From NCBI GenBank assembly GCA_964553015.1, contig CAZKJE010000001.1, positions 94,278 through 158,277 on the forward strand: a DNA stretch of 64,000 bases, read 5' to 3'. The first letter of the stretch is position 1; every line of letters starts with the position of its first letter. This stretch comes from an uncultured Candidatus Saccharibacteria bacterium. GTDB taxonomy: Bacteria; Patescibacteriota; Minisyncoccia; Phycocordibacterales; UBA9973. Below the pieces are notes generated by a model. The model worked only from the letters and a program-made list of their open reading frames with translations. It was not told the DNA's origin and ran no database searches. Below, piece by piece: positions 1 through 9,989 of this stretch. The translations under genes and the position numbers were made by a program.

Positions 1-374
1 GGCCATCTCCGGACAGAAAAAACCGCCCGGCTGATAGTCAGGGAAAAAATGTTTCAGAGTTTCTGTGTTTAATTCAATCTGTCTGACAATTTCTTCATCA
101 GAGAGCAGCGACAAAAGCGCATGATACTTCGCCGAACCGGTAATCTCGATACGATTTTCAGCTAATAAATTTTTCAGATCTTCAATGATGTCGTGATATT
201 CATACTTATGCAATAATTCAAGAAGGGCGCCATTGATATTGATTGAGAGATGCACTCTCTTATTTTTCTTTATTCCTTCAATAATAGGCCGGTAGCTCTG
301 GGCCACAATCGCCTCAAGAATATCCGGTTGCTGGTTGACTGGTTGGTAAAAATGTAAAAAATTGGCCCATTTCA
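1..374 (-). CDS. Glycoside hydrolase family 57-like protein, N-terminal part (gene runs off the window start)
   Basis: Minus-strand translation from ATG at 374 gives MKWANFLHFYQPVNQQPDILEAIVAQSYRPIIEGIKKNKRVHLSINING.. and stays open to position 1. The FLHFYQP/HxHQP-type N-terminus is typical of GH57 amylase/branching enzymes. The gene sits next to glgA. Confidence 0.5.
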
Positions 375-383
375 TATTTATTT

Positions 384-1886
384 TTATCGTTTGAATTGAT
401 TAAGCGCGCGCAGAAAAAGCTTCTCGTATTCTTTCGCGGATTTTTCCCAAGAAAAATTTTCTTTCATAGCTCGTTTCTGAATTTCACGCCAAACTTTGGG
501 ATATTTGAATATCTCATAGGCGCGCATGAAAGTCCCAAAGAAAGCAAGTTTGTCGTATTTCTCAAACACAAACCCCGTACCCGGCTCACCTTCGGATTTG
601 TGATCCTCTACACTATCAGCCAAGCCCCCTATTTTTCTCACTATCGGCACTACTCCGTAACGCATTGCTTCCATTTGGGTCAGTCCGCACGGTTCAAATC
701 TGGACGGAATAAGTATCACATCGGCTCCGGAATAAATGACGTGCGGCAACACATTGTCAAAAGAAAGATGTGTGGCCACTTTGTCGCTTTTTTTGTCTAG
801 CTCGCTGAAAAAGGAAATATAACGCGATTCTCCAGTGCCAAGCACGACGAGCTGAAAATCGAAATTTTCAATTAGCGGTTCAATCGTTTCGGTTATCAGA
901 TCTATGCCTTTTTGTTCTGAAAGACGAGAAATCATGCACACCACAAAAGCATCTTTCTTCTCGGGTAAATTGAATTTTTGCTGGAGAATCTTTTTATTTT
1001 TCGCTCGTTCGGATAAATTCTTTTGGTTATATTTGAATTCCACGTATGGATTTGTTTCCGGATTGTAGTTGTCGTAATTGATCCCATTTAGAATTCCAAA
1101 AAGCCTCGAGCGCCTTTCCTGCAAGAGCTGATCGAGAAGCTCTCCGTACTCGGGTGTGGTTATTTCTCGCGCGTAGCTTGGAGACACCGTGCTTATGACG
1201 TCAGCATATCTGATACCTCGGCGCATGAAATTAAGCTTGAGCAAGCGCGGATCTGTGATAGATGGAATTTGAGATTGCCCATCATCGTAATCAAGCTCGC
1301 TTCCGTATCGATGATCAAACATTCCCTGATAATAAATATTATGAATTATGAATAAAGACGCGATTTTTGATATTATTGGATCTTTGCTGTACTCGCATTT
1401 CATGTAATTCGGGATAAGCCCTCCCTGCCAATCATTCCCTACGATAATATCCGGCTTCCATTCATTCGAAACATGCCTAATGAATTCAATCGTGCCCCGC
1501 GAAAGCAGTGCCCACCTGGCTGGATCATCGTCATAACCATAAACACTCCCTCGCTTCTCATAATATTCTTGGTTTTCTAAAAAATAGTTTATAGAACTGG
1601 TATCATCCCTGTATTCTTTCACATTACAGATAATATCTTCACTGCCATAATTAGGTACCATCAATCCTTCGACGATGACTTTCATTGGAAACTCCTCTTC
1701 GTTTATTGAAGCATATTTGGGAGTCATGGTTCTGACATCATGACCCAATAGGGCAAGAGCTCTGGGAAGAGCATGTAGAACTTCCCCGAGACCTCCGACT
1801 TTCACAAACGGCGCAACTTCTGAACCCACGAACAAGATTTTAAGAGAACGCGATTTTTTATTCAAATTAGAAGAAAACATGGTCAT
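384..1886 (-). CDS. glgA: Glycogen/starch synthase (GT5, ADP-glucose type)
   Basis: N-terminal KILFVGSEVAPFVKVGGLGEVLHALPRALALLGHDV is the canonical GlgA K-x-GGL motif. Full-length 500 aa with two Rossmann halves. Confidence 0.85.
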   Translation of the reverse strand: MTMFSSNLNKKSRSLKILFVGSEVAPFVKVGGLGEVLHALPRALALLGHDVRTMTPKYASINEEEFPMKVIVEGLMVPNYGSEDIICNVKEYRDDTSSINYFLENQEYYEKRGSVYGYDDDPARWALLSRGTIEFIRHVSNEWKPDIIVGNDWQGGLIPNYMKCEYSKDPIISKIASLFIIHNIYYQGMFDHRYGSELDYDDGQSQIPSITDPRLLKLNFMRRGIRYADVISTVSPSYAREITTPEYGELLDQLLQERRSRLFGILNGINYDNYNPETNPYVEFKYNQKNLSERAKNKKILQQKFNLPEKKDAFVVCMISRLSEQKGIDLITETIEPLIENFDFQLVVLGTGESRYISFFSELDKKSDKVATHLSFDNVLPHVIYSGADVILIPSRFEPCGLTQMEAMRYGVVPIVRKIGGLADSVEDHKSEGEPGTGFVFEKYDKLAFFGTFMRAYEIFKYPKVWREIQKRAMKENFSWEKSAKEYEKLFLRALNQFKR

Positions 1887-1891
1887 AAAAT

Positions 1892-2467
1892 TTACGCAGT
1901 TTCAATAATAATCTCCGGCACATTTTTATAATTTGGATTTTTAACAAAAGCGGGTTTCCCGTCTTTTTTTATTATGTAATACGCAAAGCCGTGCATCTTT
2001 TTCACCAAGCTGTAATCCGCATGCGTAGGCCAAGCTGCTTCTTTGTTTTTATCAAAATTAACAGGACTGTCGTCTATAGTAATAAGCCATGAGTCTCCAG
2101 TATTGACTAAGAGGTGCCCGGCATATGCAGGTATCGCTATCATACTGCCCTTTTTTACAAAAATTGCCTTGACATATTCCACTTCGTCACCAACTAGCTC
2201 CCCCTGTGTATTTTTCTTCTCTGCCTGTAATAACAAAATACCTTCACCATATAAGATTTCGTAAGTTTCAATAAAATCGTCCACGTGATAGTGTCCGTAA
2301 GTTTTTATATATTCTTCGCCCACCAAGCCACTTTGCCAAACAGTGATATTTTTCTTTTCACTTCCCCCTCTTATCATAAAATAATGAACATCTGGATCTA
2401 TAGCTTTGGGATCCATCAGGACATCAATCATTTCTTTGTGTGTGCGAAGCGCAAAAGCGTCATTCAT
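1892..2467 (-). CDS. Cupin-type (archaeal-type) glucose-6-phosphate isomerase
   Basis: 191 aa. Metal-binding signature TYGHYHVDDFIETYEILYGEG matches T-x-G-H-x-H-x(5-11)-E-x-Y of cupin PGIs such as Pyrococcus PGI. The second His motif IPAYAGHLLVN is also present. Confidence 0.7.
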   Translation of the reverse strand: MNDAFALRTHKEMIDVLMDPKAIDPDVHYFMIRGGSEKKNITVWQSGLVGEEYIKTYGHYHVDDFIETYEILYGEGILLLQAEKKNTQGELVGDEVEYVKAIFVKKGSMIAIPAYAGHLLVNTGDSWLITIDDSPVNFDKNKEAAWPTHADYSLVKKMHGFAYYIIKKDGKPAFVKNPNYKNVPEIIIETA

Positions 2468-2867
2468 ATTGATTTTTGATTCTTTCTCTTAAACTACTGC
2501 TGCTGAATTTATGATCGCGGCTATTGTATATTACTTTGATTTCCGGCAACCTGTCTCTGGCAATATTCGGTTTGTCCCTCCAGTCTGCCCCCATGAACCT
2601 CACGTCTGGTCTTAATTCTTTAAGTAGATTAAATAAATCCTCTTCAGTATTATAAAGCATAATCTCGTCTACATATTTACACCCTTCAAGTCTTATCCTC
2701 CTTTCTTCTATAGTCTCAATCGGCTTATGCTTATCAGGACGATCAATAGACGGATCGGCCTGAAGACCAACGATCAAATAGTCGCATTGAGATCTGCATT
2801 CTTTAAGCATTAAAATATGCCCCGCATGCAACAAATCCATCGCTCCGCATGTAAATCCTTTAATCAT
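2460..2867 (-). CDS. Cytidylyltransferase-like nucleotidyltransferase (HxGH family; RfaE-domain-II / glycerol-3-phosphate cytidylyltransferase-like)
   Basis: 135 aa with FTCGAMDLLHAGH (HxGH) at the N-terminus, a small Rossmann nucleotidyltransferase. Confidence 0.65.
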   Translation of the reverse strand: MIKGFTCGAMDLLHAGHILMLKECRSQCDYLIVGLQADPSIDRPDKHKPIETIEERRIRLEGCKYVDEIMLYNTEEDLFNLLKELRPDVRFMGADWRDKPNIARDRLPEIKVIYNSRDHKFSSSSLRERIKNQYE

Positions 2868-2897
2868 ATTGTTACTCTATTGAGTATAACATAATTT

Positions 2898-4262
2898 TTA
2901 GGTTTTTATTAATTCCAAAAACTCTTGAGTTTTTTGCTTCATCAGGCTTTCTGACTTCGCTTCCACGTTTAAGCGTATAAGCGGCTGGGTATTGGATGAG
3001 CGTACGTTTGCCCGCCAATCCAAATATTCAACCGACACGCCATCCGTGTGGTCAATCTTCCCTTCTGCAAATTTCTCTTCAATATCTTTGAAAATCAGCT
3101 TTATTTCTGCCTGTGATTTAAGGACTGTATTTATCTCGCCCGAAACAAAATACCGCTGGAAATAAGAATTAAATAATTCTGAGACCTTTTTCCCCGATTC
3201 TGAAATAATTTGCAAAATCAACAAAAAAGGAACAAGGCCGTTATCTGCATAATAAAAATCTTTAAAATAAAAATGTCCGCTTCCTTCACCGGCAAATACA
3301 GCATCCTCTTTTCTCATTCTTTCCTTGATAAAACTATGGCCCACTTTATTTAAGAGTGGCGTACCGCCAGCTTCTTTTACTTTATCTATAATAGCCCAAG
3401 TTTCCCTGACGTCATGGATAATCTTTGCGCCGGGATATTTCTCGCAAAAATATTTACCCAAAAATGCCGTCAGATAATATCCGGGAATTGACCGCCCATT
3501 TTCGTCAAAAAGAAAAAATCTGTCGGCGTCGCCGTCCCAGGCCGCGCCCATATCCGCTTTTTCTTTTTTTATCAACTCCTCGGTTTCTCCCCTGTTTTCC
3601 TTTAAAAACGGATCTGGCGGACCCTTGGGAAAGCTCCCGTCGGGAATCTCGTTTAAGGGAATAATTTTTATTGGTAAATTTAATTCTAAAATATTTTGCA
3701 CCGCCAAACCAAACATGCCGTTTGCGACCACTTTCATCGGCTTAATTTTACTTTTATCAATAAAACTGAGGCATTTATTTAAATAGTCGCTTGCAATATC
3801 TTTTTTTGTAAAAGTGCCGGGAATGGGTGATTTAAAATCATACCCAGACAATACTGTTTCTTTAATATCATTAATTCCGCTGTCTCCGGAAATTGGGACC
3901 GCATTTTTACGAACCATTTTTATTCCATTGTATTCCCGCGGATTATGCGACGCTGAAATGATCAAGGCATCATAGCCGTATTCTCCGGAAACAAAATAAA
4001 TCATATCGGTGCTGATTACTCCGATATCAATGACATCTACACCGTGATTAATCAAGCCGTTTTTCATTGCTTCAAAAAGAGCCGGCCCGGACAGTCTAAC
4101 ATCGCGGCCAATGACAACCGTCTTCGGTTGCGCAAATTTGGCGTAAGCCTGAGCTATTTTATAAGCTATTTCGGGATTAATTTGCTCGGGATAAATACCC
4201 CGAATGTCATACGCGTGAAAAATTGAAGGATCCAAAGTTATAATTTTTTTATTTGGCAGCAT
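2898..4262 (-). CDS. Phosphoglucomutase/phosphomannomutase
   Basis: 454 aa. Active-site loop SASHNPREYNGIKM (phosphoserine motif S-H-N-P), Mg loop GAAWDGDADR and sugar-binding GEGSGH. Confidence 0.85.
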   Translation of the reverse strand: MLPNKKIITLDPSIFHAYDIRGIYPEQINPEIAYKIAQAYAKFAQPKTVVIGRDVRLSGPALFEAMKNGLINHGVDVIDIGVISTDMIYFVSGEYGYDALIISASHNPREYNGIKMVRKNAVPISGDSGINDIKETVLSGYDFKSPIPGTFTKKDIASDYLNKCLSFIDKSKIKPMKVVANGMFGLAVQNILELNLPIKIIPLNEIPDGSFPKGPPDPFLKENRGETEELIKKEKADMGAAWDGDADRFFLFDENGRSIPGYYLTAFLGKYFCEKYPGAKIIHDVRETWAIIDKVKEAGGTPLLNKVGHSFIKERMRKEDAVFAGEGSGHFYFKDFYYADNGLVPFLLILQIISESGKKVSELFNSYFQRYFVSGEINTVLKSQAEIKLIFKDIEEKFAEGKIDHTDGVSVEYLDWRANVRSSNTQPLIRLNVEAKSESLMKQKTQEFLELIKT

Positions 4263-4722
4263 TTTTTTTCTGAACTTTTTTTACTAATTCTGAAGAACTT
4301 TGGATTTTGCCGCCACGTCCGAGTCCATTTACTATTTCACATCCTATTTCATTGCAGACAAAAACTTCCGGACCGGGAATATTTCCTGAATGCCTGTCTC
4401 CCCCTTTGGCAAAAACATGCGGACGAAGCTTGCGTATATCTTCACTAATGCTTATATCTTTTGTATTTTTTTTATGACTGCTTAACAGGACCCGATCTAC
4501 TGAATAAAAAGCTTCAATAATTTCTTTTCTCTCATGCTCCGGCATAAAGACATAGCCTTTTTTAAGTTTTAGCCAATTATCGTTGTTTATTACCACCACA
4601 AGCTCATCTCCAAGCTTTTTCGCTTCATTAAACAGCCGTACATGCCCGATATGCACTGGATCAAAGCCGCCAGAGACCATCACCACTTTCTTCTGTTTTT
4701 TGGATGAAGGTTTTTTTCTCAT
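4249..4722 (-). CDS. Cytidylyltransferase-like nucleotidyltransferase (HxGH; ADP-heptose synthase domain-II-like)
   Basis: 157 aa. VMVSGGFDPVHIGHVRLFNEAKKLGDELVVVINNDNWL resembles RfaE/HldE domain II and FAD-synthetase-like adenylyltransferases. Confidence 0.6.
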   Translation of the reverse strand: MRKKPSSKKQKKVVMVSGGFDPVHIGHVRLFNEAKKLGDELVVVINNDNWLKLKKGYVFMPEHERKEIIEAFYSVDRVLLSSHKKNTKDISISEDIRKLRPHVFAKGGDRHSGNIPGPEVFVCNEIGCEIVNGLGRGGKIQSSSELVKKVQKKNAAK

Positions 4723-4737
4723 TTATTTTTATTTTAT

Positions 4738-4866
4738 TTAGTATTCCTGCTCCTGCGAACCGCCTTTTTAGCAAGCATTCCTCTCTTTGCTTCTAATCGC
4801 TTTTTGGTCTTGTGCGAACGTCTGGATTTCTTTTTTGGACTAAGCGTTGTTCCTCTTTTTGCCATG
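4738..4866 (-). CDS. Small basic ribosomal protein, bL34-like (possibly bL32-like); not in the ORF track
   Basis: Manual translation of the minus strand gives MAKRGTTLSPKKKSRRSHKTKKRLEAKRGMLAKKAVRRSRNTK (43 aa). KR.T..P...KR.R.H and R[LM]..K.G..LA..R are spaced as in bL34. The N-terminus KKKSRRSH is also bL32-like. Confidence 0.45.
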
Positions 4867-4938
4867 ATTTTTATCAATTAATTAATAAGATACCTATATA
4901 TAGTAGCTTAAACTAAAAAATAACTCAAATATGCTTAG

Positions 4939-5940
4939 TTACTTATTCTCTGCTGAATAATCCAAGCTCTGCATTATTACCATGCTCTTGTAGCTGTATT
5001 GATAGTTGGCAACGAATATTGCGCCGATAATGGCGATGACCGCAAAGCCGTTTGTAACCAGATCCATGTGATGTTCCCTTCTTTTTATAATTAGGTAAAG
5101 CAATAATGCAAAAGCAACAACAGAGAAAATAACTGCCAAGAACACGTTTGTCGTATTTCTAGGTGAAGCCAGAAGTTTCTGCCACAACGTAGGCTTTAAA
5201 TTTGTCTCATTATTTAATTCTGTTTTTATGACTTTTACAACCTCACTCGAAGTATCTGCTTCTGTCCTTTCAGAATTAGCTTCTGCCCCCAAAATATCAG
5301 CCGGTTTTGCAACTGCTACGGGAGCTTTTGGTGCAGGCGTTGGAACAGGTGTTTTTGGTGCGACTGCCACTGTCGGAGCTGGATTTGCATATACCTGCGC
5401 GACAAAAATTGTATTCCTGCCCTTATACATACCTTGGGCTATGCCAGTGCCCATCTCTGTATAATTTCCTTTGACTATATTTGCTTTATGAGTCGGACTG
5501 TTCAGCCACGCAATCGTCACGTCTTTGGAATCGCGAAAATTCACGGCGAGATTTTCTCCGGCATATTGATATTCGTAGCCTGCAAGTTCAATCCAATACC
5601 ATGGAGTTAGACCCTCGGGGCTCGTGTGCGCGAAATATCCCTTGGTGGCCATATCCTGCGCTTTCATTTCAGCTGCGTGGGTTAAAACCGGATTTACAGA
5701 AAGCACAGCGAGATTCTGCGACTGGCGTTCAGAATTTGTAAGTTGGTCTAATACTGCGGGCAATACAGCTGCCAGTCCGCCGGAAAGATTTATATTTGCG
5801 ATCGCAGGTATGAGAAAAGTAAAAATTTCCAAAAAGATAACGACGGCTACGATGTTACAAGTACTGCGATCGCGCAAGATGTGCGGACGATGATTATTTC
5901 CGGCATGCGGAATAAAATGCTTTTTGAGCCAAGAAAACAT
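4939..5940 (-). CDS. Membrane-anchored CAP/SCP/PR-1-like domain protein with Pro/Ala-rich linker
   Basis: N-terminal TM, then a CAP-like core (GYFAHTSPEG..YAGENLA..NSPTHKANI), then a PAPTVAVAPKTPVPTPAPKAP linker, then a C-terminal TM. Confidence 0.55.
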   Translation of the reverse strand: MFSWLKKHFIPHAGNNHRPHILRDRSTCNIVAVVIFLEIFTFLIPAIANINLSGGLAAVLPAVLDQLTNSERQSQNLAVLSVNPVLTHAAEMKAQDMATKGYFAHTSPEGLTPWYWIELAGYEYQYAGENLAVNFRDSKDVTIAWLNSPTHKANIVKGNYTEMGTGIAQGMYKGRNTIFVAQVYANPAPTVAVAPKTPVPTPAPKAPVAVAKPADILGAEANSERTEADTSSEVVKVIKTELNNETNLKPTLWQKLLASPRNTTNVFLAVIFSVVAFALLLYLIIKRREHHMDLVTNGFAVIAIIGAIFVANYQYSYKSMVIMQSLDYSAENK

Positions 5941-6008
5941 AATGATGCATTATAACGTACAAAAAACTACCTGTAAAGGTAGTTTTTTGCTTGAAATTAT
6001 TAATCAGG

Positions 6009-9000
6009 TTACTTATTTAACACCGCGCGCGTGAGAGGTCCTACGATTCCATCCCCTTTGAGTCCGCTCACAAGCTGAAACCTTACAACACAGGCTTTAG
6101 TTTTTGGACCAAACTTCCCATCCACAAGGCCGCATTCAAACCCTTTTGCATTCAAGAATTTCTGAAGTTCCATGACTTCATTCAGCACGGCCGCGCTGTA
6201 TGGAGGGCCCATCTTGAGGAAAAGAGTGAAGATGAATTTTGGAACAGTCTCCGCACCAAGAACTTCTCCTGAGACTGGGGCTAGAGGAGGTGTTATTGTG
6301 GGAGAAATTTTTCGTGACCCAGAGCTGCCACCGCCTGAACTAGGTTGTGGATTTATATCAGCAATAGTATCTGCTGTTGTGTTGAGCAAATTGTAATTGC
6401 CTGCGTCAGTTCCGGAAATTGAAATTCCAGTTACAGAAACAGGTTTAGCATTCCCAACGTCCGCATCTGCAAACGAGGCTGAAATATAAGATACAGTGAG
6501 CACATCTCCAGCCACGCGATCATCGGAGAGATCTACCGTCGCATCCGTATTTCCATCAAATGTTTTATTAACTCCTGTTGCTGTGACTGTAAGATCTTTT
6601 GCGGTAATATCCGCTGTGGTCATCACGGGAGAAGCTGTCGGAGTGTAATTTCCTAAGTCTGCGCCTGAGAGAGTAAAATTCGCTGTTACTGTTTTACCTA
6701 CTCCGACATTTTTATCAGAGAAAGTTGCGCCGGTGTTTGTAACCACAACGTCATCCCCCGAAATTTTATCGTCAGAAAGAACGACACTGGCAGTATTATT
6801 TCCATCGTAAACTTTATCTGAGGCGAGAGCTGTAATTGTCAAATCCTTTTCGGTAATTTCTCCCGTCGTATCTGTTACAAAAGTTATGGCGTAATTATCA
6901 GTTACATCATCCCCAGAAAAACTGTCCGTTATTATTCCCTCCGGTATCAAAGTCTTGCCGGTGCCGACATTTTTATTGTCATAAGTCTGTGTCCAGTCTT
7001 CTTCATCGCCCGAAGCTAGACTGCCTGAAGTGATGCTCGGAATTCCGGAAGAACTGTTTGTGCCGTCATACTCTTTTGTATCAGTAACGGCGGTAACCGT
7101 AATTGCTCTTTGAATTACATTTACAGTTCTAGTTACTTCAGTTGCCGCATTGCCTGCAGCGTCTGTAACATTATAGGTTACGGTGTAAGTGCCAAGAACA
7201 TCGGTATCAACAGGATCTACGGTAACTATCGAACCGGTAATGTCGCCATCATTGGTGTCAGAGGCTGTAGCTCCATCATCTGTATATGTTTCGCCATATT
7301 CAATATTAACAGGACTTGCGCCTAGCATTGTGATTACAGGGGCCACGCTGTCATAAGTAATTCCAAATTGCGTCGCGGCAGTATTGTTGTTTCCCGCTAG
7401 ATCTTGAACCTCGCTTGCATCAATATCCACCTTAATATCTCCCTGCCCGAGAGGAATAACACTTAGGCTGTAAACAGCACCAGATGTTGGTGTTAAAGAA
7501 AAGATACCACCGTTTTGAAGTTGAACATCTCCGCTGGTGAATCCTGTTACTGCCTCACTAAAGGTGATGGTAAAAAATATCGGGGAATCATTTGTCGGGT
7601 CACCACTTAATGATGAAATAACTACAGTGGGTGGAGTTGTATCCACGGTAAAGCTCGTAACTGCCAAGAGACTGCTTTCATTTCCGCTTCCGTCCGTAAC
7701 TTTTATAGTGCAGTTACTATAAACACCGTCTGCTAAAGGACCAAAAGTAATAGTGTTGGAGCCTGCTATTGCAGGTGGTAGAGCTAGTGCACAATCGCCC
7801 CCGACGGTAATCGCGCCTCCTTCGTCAGGTGAACTGAAAGTATAATCTGGCGTATCGTCATTGCCCGGAGTCGGCAACACGGGCGTAATTTCGGATAACA
7901 CAGGCGCCACGCCGTCGTCGGCCGTAACCATAGTTGGAGATACAGCCTGATTGCCTGCAAGATCTTTGAAGTTATCTATGTTTGTGAATGTTACGTCCGG
8001 TGTTTCCTCAGTCCCCATAATCGTTGAGAGTGTAAGTGTGACAACTCCTGTTCCTGTTTCGCTGGCTCCTGATACCGTGTGCCCAGCAACAGCAAACTCG
8101 CTTCCACTACCATTAACAGTGCTTCCATCCAGATCTTCACTGAAAGTTAGATCAATAGTCGTGGTAGAAGTAGTTTCTGCTGAAACAAAAGTCGGAGCAT
8201 TTGCATCAATCGCCAGAGTATTTGCTACTACTGTCGTGTATGCTGCGTTAGAATTTCCGTCTCCATCGTCAAGCACGACGCTCGCCGGAGTTGCTCCGGA
8301 AGCTCGATCAGTATTTCCTGATATTACAGTATAAGTAGCGGAATATAATCCTCCGCCGAGATCAGTGAAACTCAATGCATCAATCACTTCTCCATTCACA
8401 GTAATAGCATCTTCCAAGTATCCTGCTTGGTCGGACGTTATGTTTAAAGTAATTACATCGCCGATCTTTGCTGTTCCAGTTGATGGTGTGAATGATAATG
8501 AAGAAATAGATGGAGGAGTTATGTCTACAACTGTTGCTGCATATGTGAATGGCGTGCCAGCTACAAATGCCGTACATGTAACTTTTAAATCATCTTCACT
8601 ACAAACAACATCTGGGTTCGCATCCATGAGCGGAGCAAGAGCTGTAACAACTTCTGCAACACCATTGCCTGCAGCTGCGAGGTAATCATAATCAGTTCCA
8701 TTAATAGTTGCTCTGAAAGTTTCTCCGACCGAAACTGAGGCCGGAGTAAAGGTCACTTCTTGGGCAATTGCTGTTCTGTTTGTGGCGCTAGATGTCTGAA
8801 CAAATCCTGTTCCAGCAACTTTTGCGGTTAAGGTGATAACATTTCCGGCAACACTGGAAGTAAAATCTTGCGTAGCGTAATTTAGCGAAGCTTGAATGGC
8901 AGTGTTCAATCCAAGAGCTATATCGTCGTTAGTAGTATCGCCAGCTAAAACTGTATAACTTACATCGCCGTCAGTTGGCAGGGTTGCGGTGAATACATCA

Positions 9001-9896
9001 CCTTCTTCCACGGTGCCGGTAATGGTTATTTCGTTGACTTGGGCTGTAGCTTTATCAACTGCTCCAGATGTCTGCGCAAATCCAGTTCCAGCAACTTTTG
9101 CGGTTAATGTGATAACGTTTCCTGCAACTCCGGAAGTAAAATCTTGCGCAGCATATCCTGCTGAACCTTGTATAGCCGTGTTAAGTCCAGCGGCAATAAG
9201 ATCATTAGTAGTATCTGTAACTAAAACTGTGTAATCCACATCTCCGACAGTTGGAAGAGTAGCTGTGAATACATCTCCTTCTTCTGGAGTGCCGGAAATT
9301 GTTATTTCATTGATTTGAGCGACAGCATCTACACCGCCAGCTAAAGTAATTGTATCGGCAGTAACAGTATTTCCTCCTGTACCTTTTAGAATAGCTGTCA
9401 AATCAGGAGCTCCATCTATTAATGCGGTAAGTGCTGTAGCTGTAAGGACTGTGCCTGCAGTAACAGAGGCATCCAGATCACAATCAACAGTATAGGCTGG
9501 AGTAATTCCTCCTAAAGTAGCAACGGCACAGTCGGTAGTGTTGTCATCGGTAATTGTAATACTAATTCCATTTGATGAAGTTCCGGCAGCATCTGCTGTA
9601 ACAGTAGAACCATCTGCCCCAGCGCTATCATCAGACGCCTGCACTCCTACCACATTTGCTTGAGTTGTCGCTGTGGCCGCATCTTGATCATCTACGCCTG
9701 CTGGAACATTCGCAACAGTTGTCGCGGTAACGGCAGACTGGTCGGGAACTGCAGAAAGATTGGCGACAGTTTCAACATCTGTAAAAGTACTAGTAATTGC
9801 GGCAACGGTGACTTTGGCAATAAAAAAACCGCCAAACGCCAAAAGCAGTGCGGTTGCTAATAAGCCCAAACGAGAAGAAAAAGTGAGTTTTTTCAT
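6009..9896 (-). CDS. Giant secreted cell-surface protein (1295 aa): Ig-like/BIG domains, two ~95-aa near-identical tandem repeats, MBG(YDG)-type repeats, C-terminal PG_binding_1 peptidoglycan-binding domain
   Basis: Signal peptide MKKLTFSSRLGLLATALLLAFGG. The unit QVNEITI[ST]GT.EEGDVFTATLPT.GDV.YTVL..DTTND.IA.GLNTAIQ.S..YA.QDFTS.VAGNVITLTAKVAGTGF occurs twice. Repeated ..K.YDG..sa....sD....GD.v......sF.DKNVG.gK.V match the MBG domain. The C-terminus LNEVMELQKFLNAKGFECGLVDGKFGPKTKACVVRFQ matches PG_binding_1. Confidence 0.8.
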   Translation of the reverse strand: MKKLTFSSRLGLLATALLLAFGGFFIAKVTVAAITSTFTDVETVANLSAVPDQSAVTATTVANVPAGVDDQDAATATTQANVVGVQASDDSAGADGSTVTADAAGTSSNGISITITDDNTTDCAVATLGGITPAYTVDCDLDASVTAGTVLTATALTALIDGAPDLTAILKGTGGNTVTADTITLAGGVDAVAQINEITISGTPEEGDVFTATLPTVGDVDYTVLVTDTTNDLIAAGLNTAIQGSAGYAAQDFTSGVAGNVITLTAKVAGTGFAQTSGAVDKATAQVNEITITGTVEEGDVFTATLPTDGDVSYTVLAGDTTNDDIALGLNTAIQASLNYATQDFTSSVAGNVITLTAKVAGTGFVQTSSATNRTAIAQEVTFTPASVSVGETFRATINGTDYDYLAAAGNGVAEVVTALAPLMDANPDVVCSEDDLKVTCTAFVAGTPFTYAATVVDITPPSISSLSFTPSTGTAKIGDVITLNITSDQAGYLEDAITVNGEVIDALSFTDLGGGLYSATYTVISGNTDRASGATPASVVLDDGDGNSNAAYTTVVANTLAIDANAPTFVSAETTSTTTIDLTFSEDLDGSTVNGSGSEFAVAGHTVSGASETGTGVVTLTLSTIMGTEETPDVTFTNIDNFKDLAGNQAVSPTMVTADDGVAPVLSEITPVLPTPGNDDTPDYTFSSPDEGGAITVGGDCALALPPAIAGSNTITFGPLADGVYSNCTIKVTDGSGNESSLLAVTSFTVDTTPPTVVISSLSGDPTNDSPIFFTITFSEAVTGFTSGDVQLQNGGIFSLTPTSGAVYSLSVIPLGQGDIKVDIDASEVQDLAGNNNTAATQFGITYDSVAPVITMLGASPVNIEYGETYTDDGATASDTNDGDITGSIVTVDPVDTDVLGTYTVTYNVTDAAGNAATEVTRTVNVIQRAITVTAVTDTKEYDGTNSSSGIPSITSGSLASGDEEDWTQTYDNKNVGTGKTLIPEGIITDSFSGDDVTDNYAITFVTDTTGEITEKDLTITALASDKVYDGNNTASVVLSDDKISGDDVVVTNTGATFSDKNVGVGKTVTANFTLSGADLGNYTPTASPVMTTADITAKDLTVTATGVNKTFDGNTDATVDLSDDRVAGDVLTVSYISASFADADVGNAKPVSVTGISISGTDAGNYNLLNTTADTIADINPQPSSGGGSSGSRKISPTITPPLAPVSGEVLGAETVPKFIFTLFLKMGPPYSAAVLNEVMELQKFLNAKGFECGLVDGKFGPKTKACVVRFQLVSGLKGDGIVGPLTRAVLNK

Positions 9897-9989
9897 ATAA
9901 TTTATATTAAATTTATAATATTAATAATATTTTAATTATTTCTTCACATTACAACTCCTTCTTTTATTGTCAATAGCTTTAGTGCATAA

